A stretch of DNA of 63,960 nt, filler included, from Octopus bimaculoides (GCF_001194135.2; 6 parts of 5 records of this genome joined end to end with filler, not necessarily neighbours in it), one strand, 5' to 3'; counted from the whole stretch's first letter, positions 13,646 through 26,849 are shown. Numbers and translations: made by a program. Notes: generated by a model not told the origin, from the letters alone.

Positions 13646-16600
13646 CTAGCTGACTGTGTCCTCTTTTCCAGCCCCATCTTGCTTTTCAGATGATATCTGA
13701 AGTATGTCAGCAAACCGGGGCCCGGATATATAGGACCCTGTCACTAAACCTTCCATTCTTGTTCTCCATATGCACTCTTTCAACATTGCTAACGTACAGA
13801 GAAAACAAGCCTCACCTTCCTTCGAGAGTCCAGTTGGCGGTATCATCTTTATTACAGATCCAGCCGACAGCTGTGCTCTTCCCAGATGCGACAACACGTG
13901 TTCGACGTAAATCATCAAGTCTGAAAGCTTCCGACAATGGACAAAAACGTGCTGGACAGTTTCACTGTCCAGCCCACATCTTTGACATGTCGGTAGCACT
14001 GCCTTACCGTGCCTTGATAACTTATCGCGAACAGGTAAAGCGTTCCTGTAACACTGCCAAGCCAGGGATTTTTGGAAGTTATCCAAGTACCCCAGCCTGA
14101 AAGTTTTTTGGAACAGGTCTGTCAGTTGGTTCTCATCGAACCCCAGAGCACTTCTTAAGACGTCGTCATTTTTTCCTGCCACCAGCCCTCTGTAGAATAC
14201 AGAGGTGGTATTCCCGCAGCCAGCCTCGCCCATCTTGTGGATCAGCCAGAGTGCCTGATTGCACTCCTTCTGCCATAAAGTCAGATTACGCCTTTTAATG
14301 AGACCGGGTTTAAAACGTTCCAGCATGGCCGGTCGTGGCAAGAACACCTCTGCCAGCGGACTCCACACCTTATCACCCTCCAGGTGGAACCAGAGATGTC
14401 TCAGCCTCAATGCATGTCTGTGCATCATTAGCCAGGGCATCCCCAGACTACCCTTATGCGGTTCCTGGCAGCACACGGAGTGCCTCACAAGTGGTTTCCG
14501 TCCCTTCTACAAAAATTGGAATAGGAGTCTTTCCAGCTTGCTTAGCCAAGAATTGGGGCAAGGCACAATGGACAGGCGATAGGTGATTACAGATGCTATA
14601 ACACCTGCACCACTTCCACTCTACCCTTCAAGGACAGATACCTTCCGGACCACTTCCATACTATGGCCTCCACCTTGTTCAGCACCTCGCTCCAATTCTT
14701 CTCCGTCTGGGAGTCTGAACCGAACCAGACTCCAAGCAACTTAACAGGACCATCTGTCCAGTGTCCAATGACACTGGACGATAACGGCTTGTTCCTCCAG
14801 GTGCCGAGGTGCAAACCGATGGACTTGTCCTTGTTAACCTTTGCTCCTGCCACCGCTTCATATCTTCGGAGAGCAACTTCTACACAAGGTAGTTGAGCTT
14901 CGTTAGACACGATGAGGGTGACGTCATCTGCATACGCAGAAGTGAACCTACCACATCCGATCTCATTTGGGTTGCCACCTAACTTCTCCAGCCTCTGCAG
15001 TAATGGCTCCAGGGCCAATACATACAGAATCGGAGACAAGGGACACCCTTGACGAACAGGCCACTTGATCGAAAACGGCTCTGTTAGGTAACCGTTTATC
15101 TGGATGGTGGACTTGATGTTGCTATACATAGCAGAGATCCACCCGCAAAAGCCAGGGCCTAGCCCAGCTGCCTCGAGGACAGCTCCCAGGTACTGGTGGT
15201 CTACCCTATCGAACGCTTTACTTTGGTCTAAATGGACCAATGCCCCTCCCTTACTGGCTATTTTCCCTACCCTATCTAAGGTGTAGCAGATAAGGTGAAG
15301 ATTGTCTTGGATCGACCTGCCTGGGATTGCACAAGTCTGTCCCTTCCCAACAAGCTTCCCCACAACAGCCGTCAACCTTTTCGCTAGCACCTTGGCCAAA
15401 ATCTTTAACTCTACGTTAAGTAGAGTTATGGGCCGATAGTTATTAATGCTATCCCCTTGCTTGGGTTTTTCCTGACTAGCGTCACTACTCCCCGGCTTAC
15501 AGAGCTGGGAATACTTCAATTTTGCTGCCAGTTCGCATAGATGCTAGCCAGGACATCCCCAAACAAGTCCGGCATTAAACGGTAAAACTCATAGGGCAGA
15601 CCATCCTGTTCCGGAGACTTTTCTCCAGCGCACTCAGCCAGCACCTCTCTTACCTCTGCAGGGGTGATCGGTCCTTCACAGCCTCCAGCTTTATTCGCCG
15701 AGAGTCGAGGCCCACCCGCTAGAAATTCCCTTAAGGGCTCCCTATGCTCAAGTGTACTGCTCTCCCCGAAAAAATGTGCAAAATGCTGGTGAAAAACCTT
15801 TCGCATCTCCTGTCCATAGATCTTGCAACCCTGCCCGTCAGTTAAAGACTCAATAAAGGACTTTTTGCCCTTCTGACTCTCCACATGACGAGCCCATCTG
15901 GCTACGTTAATACCTTCTCATTTCTCGGCACGTACCTTAGCTCTAACTCGACACCCTTCATGTTTGGCATTGAGGTGACGGTACAGGACCGTTCTCGCAG
16001 CCACCACTCCAGGTGCGGAGCCAGATTCCATTGCCTCATCTAGGTTCTTGACTAAGTCACCCTCTATTCTAGTCCTATCTATATTTAGCTGCTTGCTAAA
16101 TCTAATGGACTCAAGATGGATGGCTCTCTTGAGGGCTAGCCACCATCTATTATTAATGATGGTGCCACATAATGCCCTCTGAACTAACTCCTTAACCCGG
16201 GTACGGAAAGCTTCACAGGTCAAAATAGACTTGTTCATTTTCCAACACCCAAGGCCCTGTCTATGACACTTATCTACCCGTACCTCACACGTCACAAGCT
16301 TGTGATTCGTGTAAGGCACAATGCAAAATTGTGGACAACTAAAACTATTTCTAGTAGACTCTTGAGGCATGGATTCCCTTTTCTATTGGTGGAGCCTACA
16401 CTATCGATGCATGCATCACAGATAGTGTTGAAGTCCCCTAACAAACTATCGTTTTTGACGTCAGTAGAAAGTACTCCAGGTTCCGGAAAAAACCCGACTG
16501 CCCATGCTCATTAGGAGCATAGACAGCTACCAACCTGAAGGACTGCTTACTTTCGTTTGTTACATTGAGGACAACCAGCCTACCTTCTGGGTCCAAAAAG

Positions 16601-16880
16601 GTAGTACTTATCTGTAAGTCCAAGCTCTTCCTGATCAGGACTGCCACGTCTGCACCTCCTCTTCAGCTCGGAGAAATGAATTTCTCGTAACCATTGAGGA
16701 GGGGCAAGAATGCTTCAGGTCCCTTCATCTTGGACTCAGTCACAACAGCCACATCTATTCTATGTAAAATGAGGTCATCCCGGAAACAAGCCTGTTTCCA
16801 TTTTGACCCCATTCCTTGCACATTCAAGCAGCCTAACTTGAGGGAGCATGGTGGTTTAGGCTTGCCTACTCCCCTCATGC
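13646..16880 (-). pseudogene. ORF2 (APE endonuclease + reverse transcriptase) of the Tx1/L1 element, multiply disrupted
   Basis: Six ORF pieces. APE motifs: LKLGCLNVQG, VAVVTESK, RLVAVYAPN, TNHKLV. RT motifs: NYRPITLLNVELKILAKVLAKRL, LDQSKAFDRVDH, VRQGCPLSPILY, AYADDV. C-terminal L1-type motif: CQRCGLDSETVQHVFVHC. Confidence 0.95.
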
Positions 16881-17195
16881 TTTCCGTCTCTGCTGGGCTC
16901 TTTTTGGGAGTTGTCATTGGGCTCTGGGCTGGGGTGACTGCTGGGCTGATTGGCAATTTATTCTCCCAATAGTACATTGTCACATCTATTATTTTATTGT
17001 CTTTACTCTTGCACCAGATTACTGTCCCAGTGCTCTTTGCCTATTTTGCATAACGGTAATTGTCTTTATCGCACTTGAACATTTCTATATATTCACTTCT
17101 TTGAAAGAATGTTACTATTTTTTCGTTGTTACGGTCAACTGCAACAACTTGTCTGTTTTTTTTCAACTTTTTCTTTGCAGGTGGGTTTATTGGCA

Positions 17196-18332
17196 TCATA
17201 AATTCCTTTCCAATAAACGTTGTATGNNNNNNNNNNNNNNNNNGTGGGCGATTTTTTGTTCTTGTGTCTGTGTGTTTGTCTTCTTTTTTATTTGGGGAGG
17301 GGAATCAGGTGTATTTTGTTTTTTTCTCTTATTTGACACTACTGTGAACTCCATATCTGCAGGTTCGCTTCTCTCCATTGTACTTGTCTCTTGGTTTATT
17401 TTTTCTTCTTTAATTCCTTTTTGTGCTTCTTCTTGCTGTTTCTGGTTTGTTTTCTTTTTTTCCTCCTCAATTCTTTTTTTTTCCTTCTCTGCATTTGCCT
17501 TTTTCGTTTCTTTGTTTGCTTTTGAAGGAGGGGCGTCACTCACTTTGCTGTTTGACTTCTTTTTGGAACAGTCAGAACGAATGTGACCCTTTTGTCCACA
17601 TTTGAAACATCTGGGCCGACGTCCTTCTACCGACATGTGAATGGTGTGCCCCTCCCCCACAAACACTCTATCGGGCAGACTTTCGAGGACACTGTTCTTT
17701 CCTTGTATGACCATTTCAATCATTTGCCCCTTTCAGTTTATTACCTCCTTCTTTTTTATACTCAGTATTTTTAATTTTTGCTCGGCATCGAAGAATACCG
17801 CTGCTGCCACCCACATTACATCATACCTGGCCAGTATGTCTTCTTCTGTAATTCTCACGGTTCTGCATCCCATGTAAGTGGGTAGCAGCATGATGGTTTC
17901 ATTTTTTAAGGTTTCAGTTGAAACCTCCTTAGCTACGTCAGCCAAGTCGAAATGTACTTCCACAGTTGCACTTCTTGTGCCTCGACTAACATAGCGAACT
18001 TTCAGCCAAATTGGAGATAAACACCTCTCCACAATGTCCATCTTAACTTCCGCTATCCTTTTTTCTTTTATGTTGTATACTTTATATACAACTGTTTTTG
18101 CCTTTATCTCGTTTAGCATTTCTGGGGGCGGAATTAGTTTGGTTTCTTCGCCCACTTTCTGTATCAGATTTCTATGCTTAAACAGCATGTCCATTGATAC
18201 TTCAATGTCAATTGAGTCTCTGCTCACTGCCTTGGAGAAACTTGGTTTACTTTGTTTGCTTTGAACTTGTTTTTTCTCTCCCACTATAGGGAATTCTATT
18301 TTGGATGTTAAATCCATCACAATGCTTTTCAA
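17196..18332 (-). pseudogene. ORF1 (gag-like nucleic-acid-binding protein) of the Tx1/L1 element, broken
   Basis: Split into ORFs 17733-18332 and 17196-17723. Contains the zinc knuckle RRPRCFKCGQKGHIRSDC (CX2CX4HX4C) followed by a Lys/Glu-rich tail. Confidence 0.85.
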
Positions 18333-18673
18333 AAATTTTACATATACAATACACAGAAATTTTCAGCCCCAAAGGGCAAAAATAATTGTGAAAAACAGTT
18401 CACAGAAAAAAAAAAAACTTTTGTCACTTACAATCACTCGAGCACGACACGAACTCACTCCGGCAGCACCAAAAAACATCGAGACAAAAATCAAAGAGAG
18501 TATCCACAAGAGGCAAAAAAAAGATTGTTCGGCTCTTTCCTGACTCACTTTGCCATTAGTATTTATGTTTTCGTCATCCAAATGATCGAATGATTTAGTG
18601 ATTTGATAATGTGTATATATGAAATTAATATAAACAGCAGTTTACAATATTTCACCAAAGAGGAGAATTACAA

Positions 18674-18912
18674 ATGTGACTAGGGTGTTAGGAAACACCT
18701 ACATTGCTAGAAATAAGAGCTAAACGACTCGAATGCTGTAGTTAACACACATGAATGTAAACATGTACACTAACAGGTGTCTGATGAGGCAACAGAAATT
18801 GCTGAAACTGATGCATCAGCATTAAGAATTCTCAATTGGCACTTTGCAGACAATTATGGGGCCTATTAGGGTATATGTTTTCATTCATGTGCGTTAATTA
18901 CTGCATTAGAGA
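18674..18912. mobile_element. Same family, direct plus inverted composite, copy B
   Basis: 18674-18777 aligns directly to ~13115-13218. 18781-18912 is the reverse complement of ~13168-13299. Confidence 0.65.
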
Positions 18913-19834
18913 TGATATATATATGCATAGTCAATTCTAGGATGTCAGGTCCTCATTACGGATCAAATAATCCAAAATTTCCACTGGTTAATCATTATCA
19001 TATAAAGAGAAAGTCTCGACAATATGTTAGGGATTATTATAGTACATATTAATATTGAAAGAAAGAGAATGAAGAATAATGGATGTCAACTTACAATTTT
19101 CTTTATTCTTAATAAATGTATTATTCTAGCCTTAGATCTTACGTTGATGATAAGCAGGTAGATGAAAAAATTAGAAATGAATTATAATCCTATGACCCTC
19201 ACTGTATTCCATGCCACTCCAAAATTGTAGTTCTTCTCTTAGGTTATTCTTGCTGCAATATTGACAGCATGAAATTCTTTCATCCTCTAGCTCTGATAAA
19301 ATATTTGGGTAAAATTATATTAATATATCTTGTGTGTTGAAAATCAATGTTTATTATAACTGAAGATAGCACTGTATTTGAATTGATGTAATGCTTGCAT
19401 TGTTCAATTGAATAGAGCCACTTGAAATGGTCGTATTGCATTAATATTTGACATCCTGTTATTTATTTTGACTATATATATATATATATATATATATACA
19501 TTTATACATACATGCATACATATATGTATATATGTGTATGTGTATGTATATATTGTATATATTGTACACAAGGGATACAAATGTAATGGAAACATTTTCT
19601 GAATGTTCCTTCGCAAAGAGTTACCTCCCTTGTCCACAGTAGCCACTGTATTCTAGGAATGGAGGTTTTTCTGACCCTAAAGGGTCCATATTACTCCATC
19701 AGTTAAGAATCTAAAGAGTGTAGGACCATCTGCAGAACATTAGGGATGTATGTGCTGAGAGTGAGTGAAATCAGATGAAAAATATTGATTTTAAGGAGAT
19801 GCACGTAAATGGCCTCACACACGCGTGCATACGC

Positions 19835-19877
<43 letters not shown>

Positions 19878-20017
19878 TCTTCCGTCTTACATATTATAGA
19901 TATTCAATTCAAAGAACAGAAAAAAGAAGAAAAGTATATATATTTGTGTGTACATACATATACTATGTGTTGTGCATATTTGTAAGATAAATAGTTATAT
20001 ACACATATGTATATAGC

Positions 20018-20709
20018 TACTTTCGTAAGCTAATTATTTAAATTGACCCGTCAGCATATAACTTCCTAATCTCTCTCTCTCAGCTTTTGTTTCACCTTAA
20101 TTCTTCATGTAATTTTCTAAATGAAATATCTCCTCTCCTCCCTTGTGCTCCTGTTGGCTACATATTTTTATTATTTTTTTTTTGTACCAACTCTCTAAAT
20201 TAACCCTTGCTTGTTTGTGGTGCTTGCTCCCTCTATGTTTCATGTTGGCTAGATATTTTTCGCCACTCACTATGGCTTCTCGTGCTACTCTGTTACTACC
20301 ATTTCTATTGTCTTCAGCACCCTCCATAATGCCCACTTCGGGAAGTAGCACATCTATAAAACTCTTTACTCATATTTTCCTGCCTGATTTGCATGCAATT
20401 CCTTCCAACGCAGACGTTTCTTGGATGCCCAGTTTATGCATTGCTAAGATATTCTCTCATTTTTCTTGCATTCATCTGCCATCACTACTAATACTTAATG
20501 TGTATTATTTACTACTTACTTTTGTAAGCTAATTATCTAAATTGACACTTCAATATATAACATCCTATTCTCTCTCTCTCAGCCTTCGTTTCACCTTAAT
20601 TCTTCATGTATTTTTCTAAATGAAATATCTCTTCCCCTCCTCTGTTCTCATGTTGGCTACATTTTTTTTGTACCAACTCCCTAAATTAACCCTGGCTTGT
20701 TCGTGGTGC
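20018..20709 (+). repeat. ~200-bp direct repeat pair, ~500-bp period
   Basis: 20018-20223 and 20519-20709 share long blocks such as tttcaccttaattcttcatgta and ttgtaccaactc.ctaaattaaccct. Confidence 0.85.
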
Positions 20710-20868
20710 ACCCACCCATTCCAACCCCCACCACCAATACCAGATATCTATCTATCTATCTATCTCTCTCTCTCTCTCTCTTCTCCCACTACCAATACCA
20801 GATATCTCTCTCCCTTCTCCCTCCACCAATACCGGATCTTTCTCTCTCTCTCTCTCTCTCTCCCTCTA

Positions 20869-20899
<31 letters not shown>

Positions 20900-21011
20900 T
20901 CTCCCACCACCAATACTGGATATCTCTCCCTTCTCCCACCACCATTACTGGATCTCTCTCGCTCTCTCTCTTTTCCCACTACCATTACCGGACATCTCTC
21001 TTTTCTCAACA

Positions 21012-21272
21012 GAAACCCCCTCTCTCACTAGTGGTATCCTCTATTCATACCTGCAATCTCCTCCCTCTCTTCCTCCCGTGACAAAAGCAACTAGGTTAGC
21101 TGTCCACCTATTTAATCGGATATCTTTCGTTTTTGACTCGAAGTTTGTCAACAAATTACTCAGTAATTTCCATGGATGTATCGAAGTGGAAAGAGAAAGC
21201 TAATGGGCTGTACATGTGTGTGTGTGTATGCATGCATGCTTGTTCTTGTCTGTGTGCATGCTTGTCTTGTGC

Positions 21273-21336
<64 letters not shown>

Positions 21337-21468
21337 ATGGGCATGCTTGTTCCTCTCACCGGAAACCCTCTCCCACACTGATGGTATCCTCTATCATACC
21401 TGCAATTTCCTCTCCCTCTCTCTCTCCCAGGACAAAAGCAACCAGTTTAGCTGCCCACCTTCTTAATC
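21012..21468 (+). repeat. ~110-bp direct repeat pair, ~350-bp period
   Basis: 21012-21118 and 21362-21468 share tggtatcctctat..catacctgcaat and gacaaaagcaac.ag.ttagctg.ccacct. Confidence 0.82.
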
Positions 21469-21544
21469 TAACATTGGCATATTGATATTCATATTCTCCT
21501 TTATCTGTCTTTATTGGAAGAAGCAGAAGGGTCCAGCTACCTGA

Positions 21545-23165
21545 ATAGATAGCACCCTGGTAGATAAAGCAATTAAGTATATGAAGTCAGGAAAAGTCCC
21601 CAGCTCATCAGGAATCACTGCTGAGATATCTGGTTATGGCCTAGTCACCTGTATTGTAAACCAGGGAGTTCACGAAGTAGTCATACCCAATGACTGGCAT
21701 AGCAGTACTATAGTCAACTGCTACAATGGTAAAGGTTATACTTTAGATAGAAATAACTACAAAGGTATCAAACTGCTGGATCATGTGATGAAGGTCACGG
21801 AGAGGGTCATAGCCCAACTAATTAGGGAGAGAGTTTGCTTAGATGAGAATCAGTTCGGTTTTGTGCCAGGTAGAAGCACCACTGATGCTATATTCCTGGT
21901 TAGGCAGCTGCAGGTGAAATACCTAGCCAAAGATAAACCCTCTATACTTGGCTTTTGTTGACTTGGAGAAAGCCTTTGACAGAGTCCCCCTGTTCCCTTA
22001 TCTGGTGGGTGATGCAGAAACTGGGGATAGACAAGTGGTTAATAAGAGCTGTACACGCCTTGTATAGGGATGTCGTTAGTAAGGTAAGGGTCGGCAATGA
22101 ATATAGTGAAGAATTCCGGGTAGAAGTAGGGGTTCATCAAGGATCAACCCTCAGCCCCCTTTTATTCATCATAGTCCTCCAGGCAATAACAGAGGAATTC
22201 AAGACAGGTTGCCCCTGGGAGCTCCTTTATGCCGATGACCTTGCTCTCATAGCAGAATCACTACCAGAACAAGAGAAGAAATTTCAGGTGTGGAAGCAAG
22301 GTTTAGAATTTAAGGGCCTTAGAGTCAATGTTAAAAAACCAAAGTCCTAGTAAGTAGGAAGGTGAACACATCACAAACCCCTCAGGTAGGTGGCCCTGCT
22401 CGATCTGTCGAAAAGGTGTAGGTAGAAACTCCATAAAATGTACCCAGTGTAAGCTATGGATGCATAAGAGGTACAGCAACATCAAAGGAAGATTAACCTG
22501 GAAGATAGCTTTTGTGTGCAGCAGATGCACAGAGGCAATAAACACCACAAATGCTTAGAAAACTGATTCCATCACATGCCAGGTGGAGAAGTTAGAAGTG
22601 GTTGATAGCTTCTGCTACTTAGGTGACCAAGTTTGTAGTGGGGATGGATGCTTGGAGAGCATTACCACAAGAATAAGAATAGCCTGGGTAAAATTCAGAG
22701 AGCTCCTACCTCTACTGATGACAAAGGGCCTCTCGCTCTGGGTGAAAAGTAGATTGTATGATGCATGTGTGCGAACTTCCATGCAACATGGCAGTGAAAC
22801 ATGGGCCATGACTGCTGAAGACATGCATAGTGTGATCCGCTGGATGGGTAATGTCAGTGTGCACACACGATAGAGTGTAAGTGCCCTGAGAGAAATGTTG
22901 GACATGAGAAGCATCAGATGTGGTGTGCAAGAGGGACGGCTGCACTGGTATGGTCATGTGCTGCATATGAATGAGGAGAGCTGTGTGAAGAAGTGTCACT
23001 CCCTAATGGTGGAAGGAACCCATGGTAGAGGGAGACCCAGGAAGACATGGGATGAGGTGGTGAAGCATGACCTAAAAACGTTGGGCCTCAAAGAGGCAAT
23101 GACGAAAGACCGAGACCTCTGGAGATATGCTGTGATTGAAAAGGCCTGGCAAGTAAAGTGAGATC
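21545..23165 (+). mobile_element. 5'-truncated RTE-clade LINE (RT and C-terminus), frameshifted
   Basis: NYKGIKLLDHVMKV, QFGFVPGRSTTDAIF, (V)DLEKAFDRVP, VGVHQGSTLSPLLF, LLYADDL, LEVVDSFCYLG and the RTE-typical terminus GRGRPRKTWDEVVKHDL. Confidence 0.93.
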
Positions 23166-23319
23166 ACAGCTGTAACCTACACCAGTGTCACATAACCAAC
23201 CCTTTTAAAAAGTACCTTTGAATCATCGGGCAACTTTCCAAACTTGAGGAGACCTATTGAGTCAAGTAAAATCAAAGTCAAATCAAATCACAATCAAATG
23301 GAATTGTAGTTGTGGCTGA

Positions 23320-23730
23320 TGCCAGTGCCGCCTGACTGGCTCCTGTGCTGGTGGCTCACAATAAGCATCATGTAATGGTAGGTCATTGCCTGAGTGGCTC
23401 CCCGTGCTGGTGGCACGTAAAAAGTACCATCCAAACACGGTCAATACAAGCCTCCCCGCCCCGACTGGCTCCTGTACTGATAGCACATGAAATCACCATG
23501 CGAATGTAGCCGATGCCAGTGCCGCCTGACTGACTCCTGTGCTAGTAGCCTGTAAAAAGCACCCACTACACTCTTGGAGTGGTTGGCATTAGGAAGGCAT
23601 CCAGCTGTAGACACACTGCCAGATCAGATTGGTGCCTGATGTGGCCGCCTGGCATGCCAGTCCCCAGTCAAACTGTCCAACCCATGCCAGCATGGAGAAC
23701 GGATGTTAAACGATGCTGATGATGATGAAT
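23320..23730 (+). mobile_element. SINE-like element with 5' tandem units and a (GAT)n tail
   Basis: Repeated gatgccagtgccgcctgactggctcc units, a body containing ggttggcattaggaaggcatccagctgtag, and the tail catgccagcatggag...gatgatgatga. Related pieces lie at 24580-24650 (-) and 25345-25520 (+). Confidence 0.65.
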
Positions 23731-23989
23731 GTGTGTTCATTTACCCTGTTTGTTCATTAGCTATTCTCAGTGGCTTTTCACCACGTGTGCCATCAAAAGT
23801 GAACAATATCAATGTTAAAGGCGTGAAATTGTAAGGATCTTCTGGACATCGACTGATGAGGAATTAGCTATCATTGGATTTGTTTATGACAGATGTACAA
23901 GGGCAGTAAATAATGAAAGCTCATAGAAAATAGACATTCTGTAGTGCCCAGGAGTCTCCCTAGAAGTAGTAAATAATTATGATTTCCGA

Positions 23990-24450
23990 GATGACTTAAT
24001 TAGCAGTGAAGGAGGATGCTCTGAAACTATTACCTCTGTGGGTAACAAAAGACCACTTGCTGAGTGAAAAGTAGATTGTATGATGCCATGTACAAACATC
24101 AATATTACATGGTAGTGATGCATAAGCCCTGAATGCAGATGACATTCAAAAACTAGAGGAATGAAGCTGGTAGCTCTGTTGAATGTGCAATGTCACTGTG
24201 CATGTATGAGAAAGTGCTAAGGCATTGAGAGAAAAATTAGGCATAAGAAGAATCTATTGTAGTATGCAAGAGAGAAAAGTGAACTGAATTTTTCATGTGA
24301 TGCATATAGCTGAGAACAGCTGCATAAAGAAATGCCAGTTGCTTGAAGTGGATGATTAATCTCAAGATGCTGAGCCTCATAGAGGAGATGACAAAGGACA
24401 AAAATGATTAGTGATTTACTGTGCTTGGGAAGACCCATGATCACTGCAAA
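23990..24450 (+). mobile_element. Older degenerate RTE 3' fragment
   Basis: Recognisable similarity to 22700-23050, e.g. the shared gtgaaaagtagattgtatgatgc and gagaaa...ggcataagaag...tgtagt. Confidence 0.7.
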
Positions 24451-26129
24451 AACAATGTCCTAAAATCATTTTGTTTGTTCTTGTACATGCTGTGCCCCTT
24501 CAAGCAGTCTCCGCATCTCATTCCCCTAACACCCTCCCCTCCATCACTAACAAACATACAGGGTAAATGAACACACATCCATCATCATCATCATCGTTGA
24601 ACGTCTGTACTCCGTGCTGGCATGGGTTGTATGGTGTGACTGGGGACTCCTACTCCCAACCCAGAAACCATTTCTTATTCTCCTAATCTTCCCTTCCCAA
24701 TACCTTATATATCTGCTATTATTCTTAATGCACTCTCATATCCACCATCATACCCCACTCACTGCAGCCACCATCATGTACCTTTACATCTCTCTCCCCA
24801 CTGCTCCTACATCTTGCACATCATCCCTCCACTTTCTGGTCTATACTCTTTCCTGAGTCATTTCAATCTCTTTCACTCTACCTCTTCTTCATACTGGTAT
24901 TTTCCAACAATCACACCTCCACCTTTGTTCATCACTCACTACATTCACCTCTACTCCCACCTATAACCATCTGTTACTCTCCCCTTGCAGTTCTAAAAAC
25001 CTACTCCTCTCCCAAATCCACAGTCTGTATGCTCTCTTACGCTCACCTTCTTTTACCTTCAGAATATGCTCTGGCACTTCATCACTACCATCATTATCTT
25101 CTTCCTAGCTACTCCCACCAATCTTTATATTATGTAGTGTAGCCATGTATCTTCTCTGTGGCAAGACACTTGTGCTTGTCCCTCTATTATACTTTAGGTT
25201 CCTCAACACCTTGCATGAAGTCACTTCCACCTCTCAGATACTCCCTCTCTTAGATACTCCAGCCCTCATTGACTCAGTCACTTAGCCAATGGGGGAGAAT
25301 TTCATTGCTTTTCCTTGTTCCTTTTCTGTTTTGCAACCTTGGCAACCTCACTGCTGCTTGTGTCATGCAAAAAAGCACCCAGTATACACTGTAAAGTGGT
25401 TGGCATTGGGAAGGGCATACAGCTGTAGAAACTATGTCAAAGCTGACTTTGTCAAAGCTTTATATCACACTATTCAGTCCATGCCAGCATGCAAAATAGG
25501 TGTTAAATAATGATGTTGATTAAAGACCAGGACCAGACCCCATAAGAAAGGATGTGATTACCTTTCTAGGGTAAAAGCTAGTCTTAAGTAATGCAATGGT
25601 TCAAGCCATTGTAAACAATCATCTAGAGAGGCAGATGGGTTTTTTTCATTTTTTCTTGATTGTGAGGCTTAGCATTACACTCAGCAAGAGTGGAAAGAGA
25701 AGAAAGAATATAAGATTGCCTCTTTGATGTCATATTCACTGAATTTAATTTTAATGGCTTTCTTTGGGTTTGGACACCAACTGACATGTGTATCCACAGC
25801 TTTTGTATTTGCCCCTGATTTAAGATGAGAAATAGTTTCAAATCATTTGAATTGTCTTTTCAGGGAATAAGTAAACCAGCTTCTTTGTTGAATGCATAGA
25901 TAGTAATTAGTAGTAGGAGAAAAAAAACAACTTTTGCCAGTAGGTGAAATTTTTTTACATCTCTTATTCTACTGATGTCGCTTGAAAAGTTATATTTAGC
26001 ACATCTTCCCTTCAACTTGAAAACTTTTGTATCCAGCCAAAAGAAATCTATATTTTCAGTATAGTATCATTGGTATCAGCAAAATCTAATTTTTAAAGTT
26101 TATTGATTCTTATTTTCATTACTTTTCAG

Positions 26130-26375
26130 GTTAACATCACAATGAATGAAACAACTACATTAGCAGATCTTATGTCTTTACATCTACATAACTTCGAAGA
26201 TGAAGTTAAAAACATTGTAGATAAAGCTGGCAAAGAAACTACTATGGAAAAATTTCTTAAAGATATTAATGAAACTTGGTCAGTTCAAGAATTTGAGCAT
26301 GTAAAACATTCTAGAACTGGTCTTACCTTATTGCATACTAGTGAAGAACTAATAGAAATATTGGAAGAAAATCAG
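26130..26375 (+). CDS. DNAH9/11/17-like: Internal exon of an axonemal dynein heavy chain (outer-arm beta type, N-terminal tail/linker region 2)
   Basis: Acceptor ttttcag ends at 26129 and donor CAG|gtagta starts at 26376, giving 246 nt, phase 0-0. Translation VNITMNETTTLADLMSLHLHNFEDEVKNIVDKAGKETTMEKFLKDINETWSVQEFEHVKHSRTGLTLLHTSEELIEILEENQ matches the recalled DNAH9/11/17 motif TTLADL..L.LH..EDEV..IVDKA.KE..MEK.L....TW...EF....H.RTG...L...E.L.E.LE.NQ. The exact paralogue cannot be assigned from one exon. Confidence 0.93.
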
Positions 26376-26849
26376 GTAGTATTTTACTTCTTTTTGTAGC
26401 TTTTTCTCGTGAAAAATATTTTGTAGAAGAATAGTGTTATATTTTCCTGATGACGTATTTAATTTTGCTTAATTTATTTAATTAACTTTACCTTCTTATC
26501 CATGTCTTATCCTTCAGGCAAGTATTAACGAACTGTAGTGTTGGATTTATTTATGTAAACAATATATAAAGAGATTGTAGATCAAAAGAGAAATTTTTTT
26601 TTTTCATTTTCACTATCTTTCATTTCAATTTCATTTACTGGTACATTAATGTTAGCCACCAAACACTCCAATATCACTATTTGGAGAAAATGTGACATGA
26701 TACATAATATTAAAGAAGTTCACTTATCAATCTTTTTTAAGAGAATATTGAATGAAAAGTAACAAATGTTGCATGGTTCCATTGTTTCTGAAAACTAAAA
26801 TCCTCAAATTGTTGTTGTTATTGTTGTGGTGGTGGCGGTGGTCAGGATG

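Larger units (their letters stand above)
13335..18545 (-). mobile_element. Near-full-length, disabled L1/Tx1-clade non-LTR retrotransposon
   Basis: Minus-strand order is 5' UTR, ORF1 with a CCHC knuckle, then ORF2 with APE, RT and a C-terminal Cys/His motif, then a 3' UTR with AATAAA near 13335. Ends are approximate. Confidence 0.92.

Noticed and set aside
14259-15286. Plus-strand ORFs overlapping the LINE ORF2
   Set aside because: Antisense shadow frames of the RT with no independent motifs.
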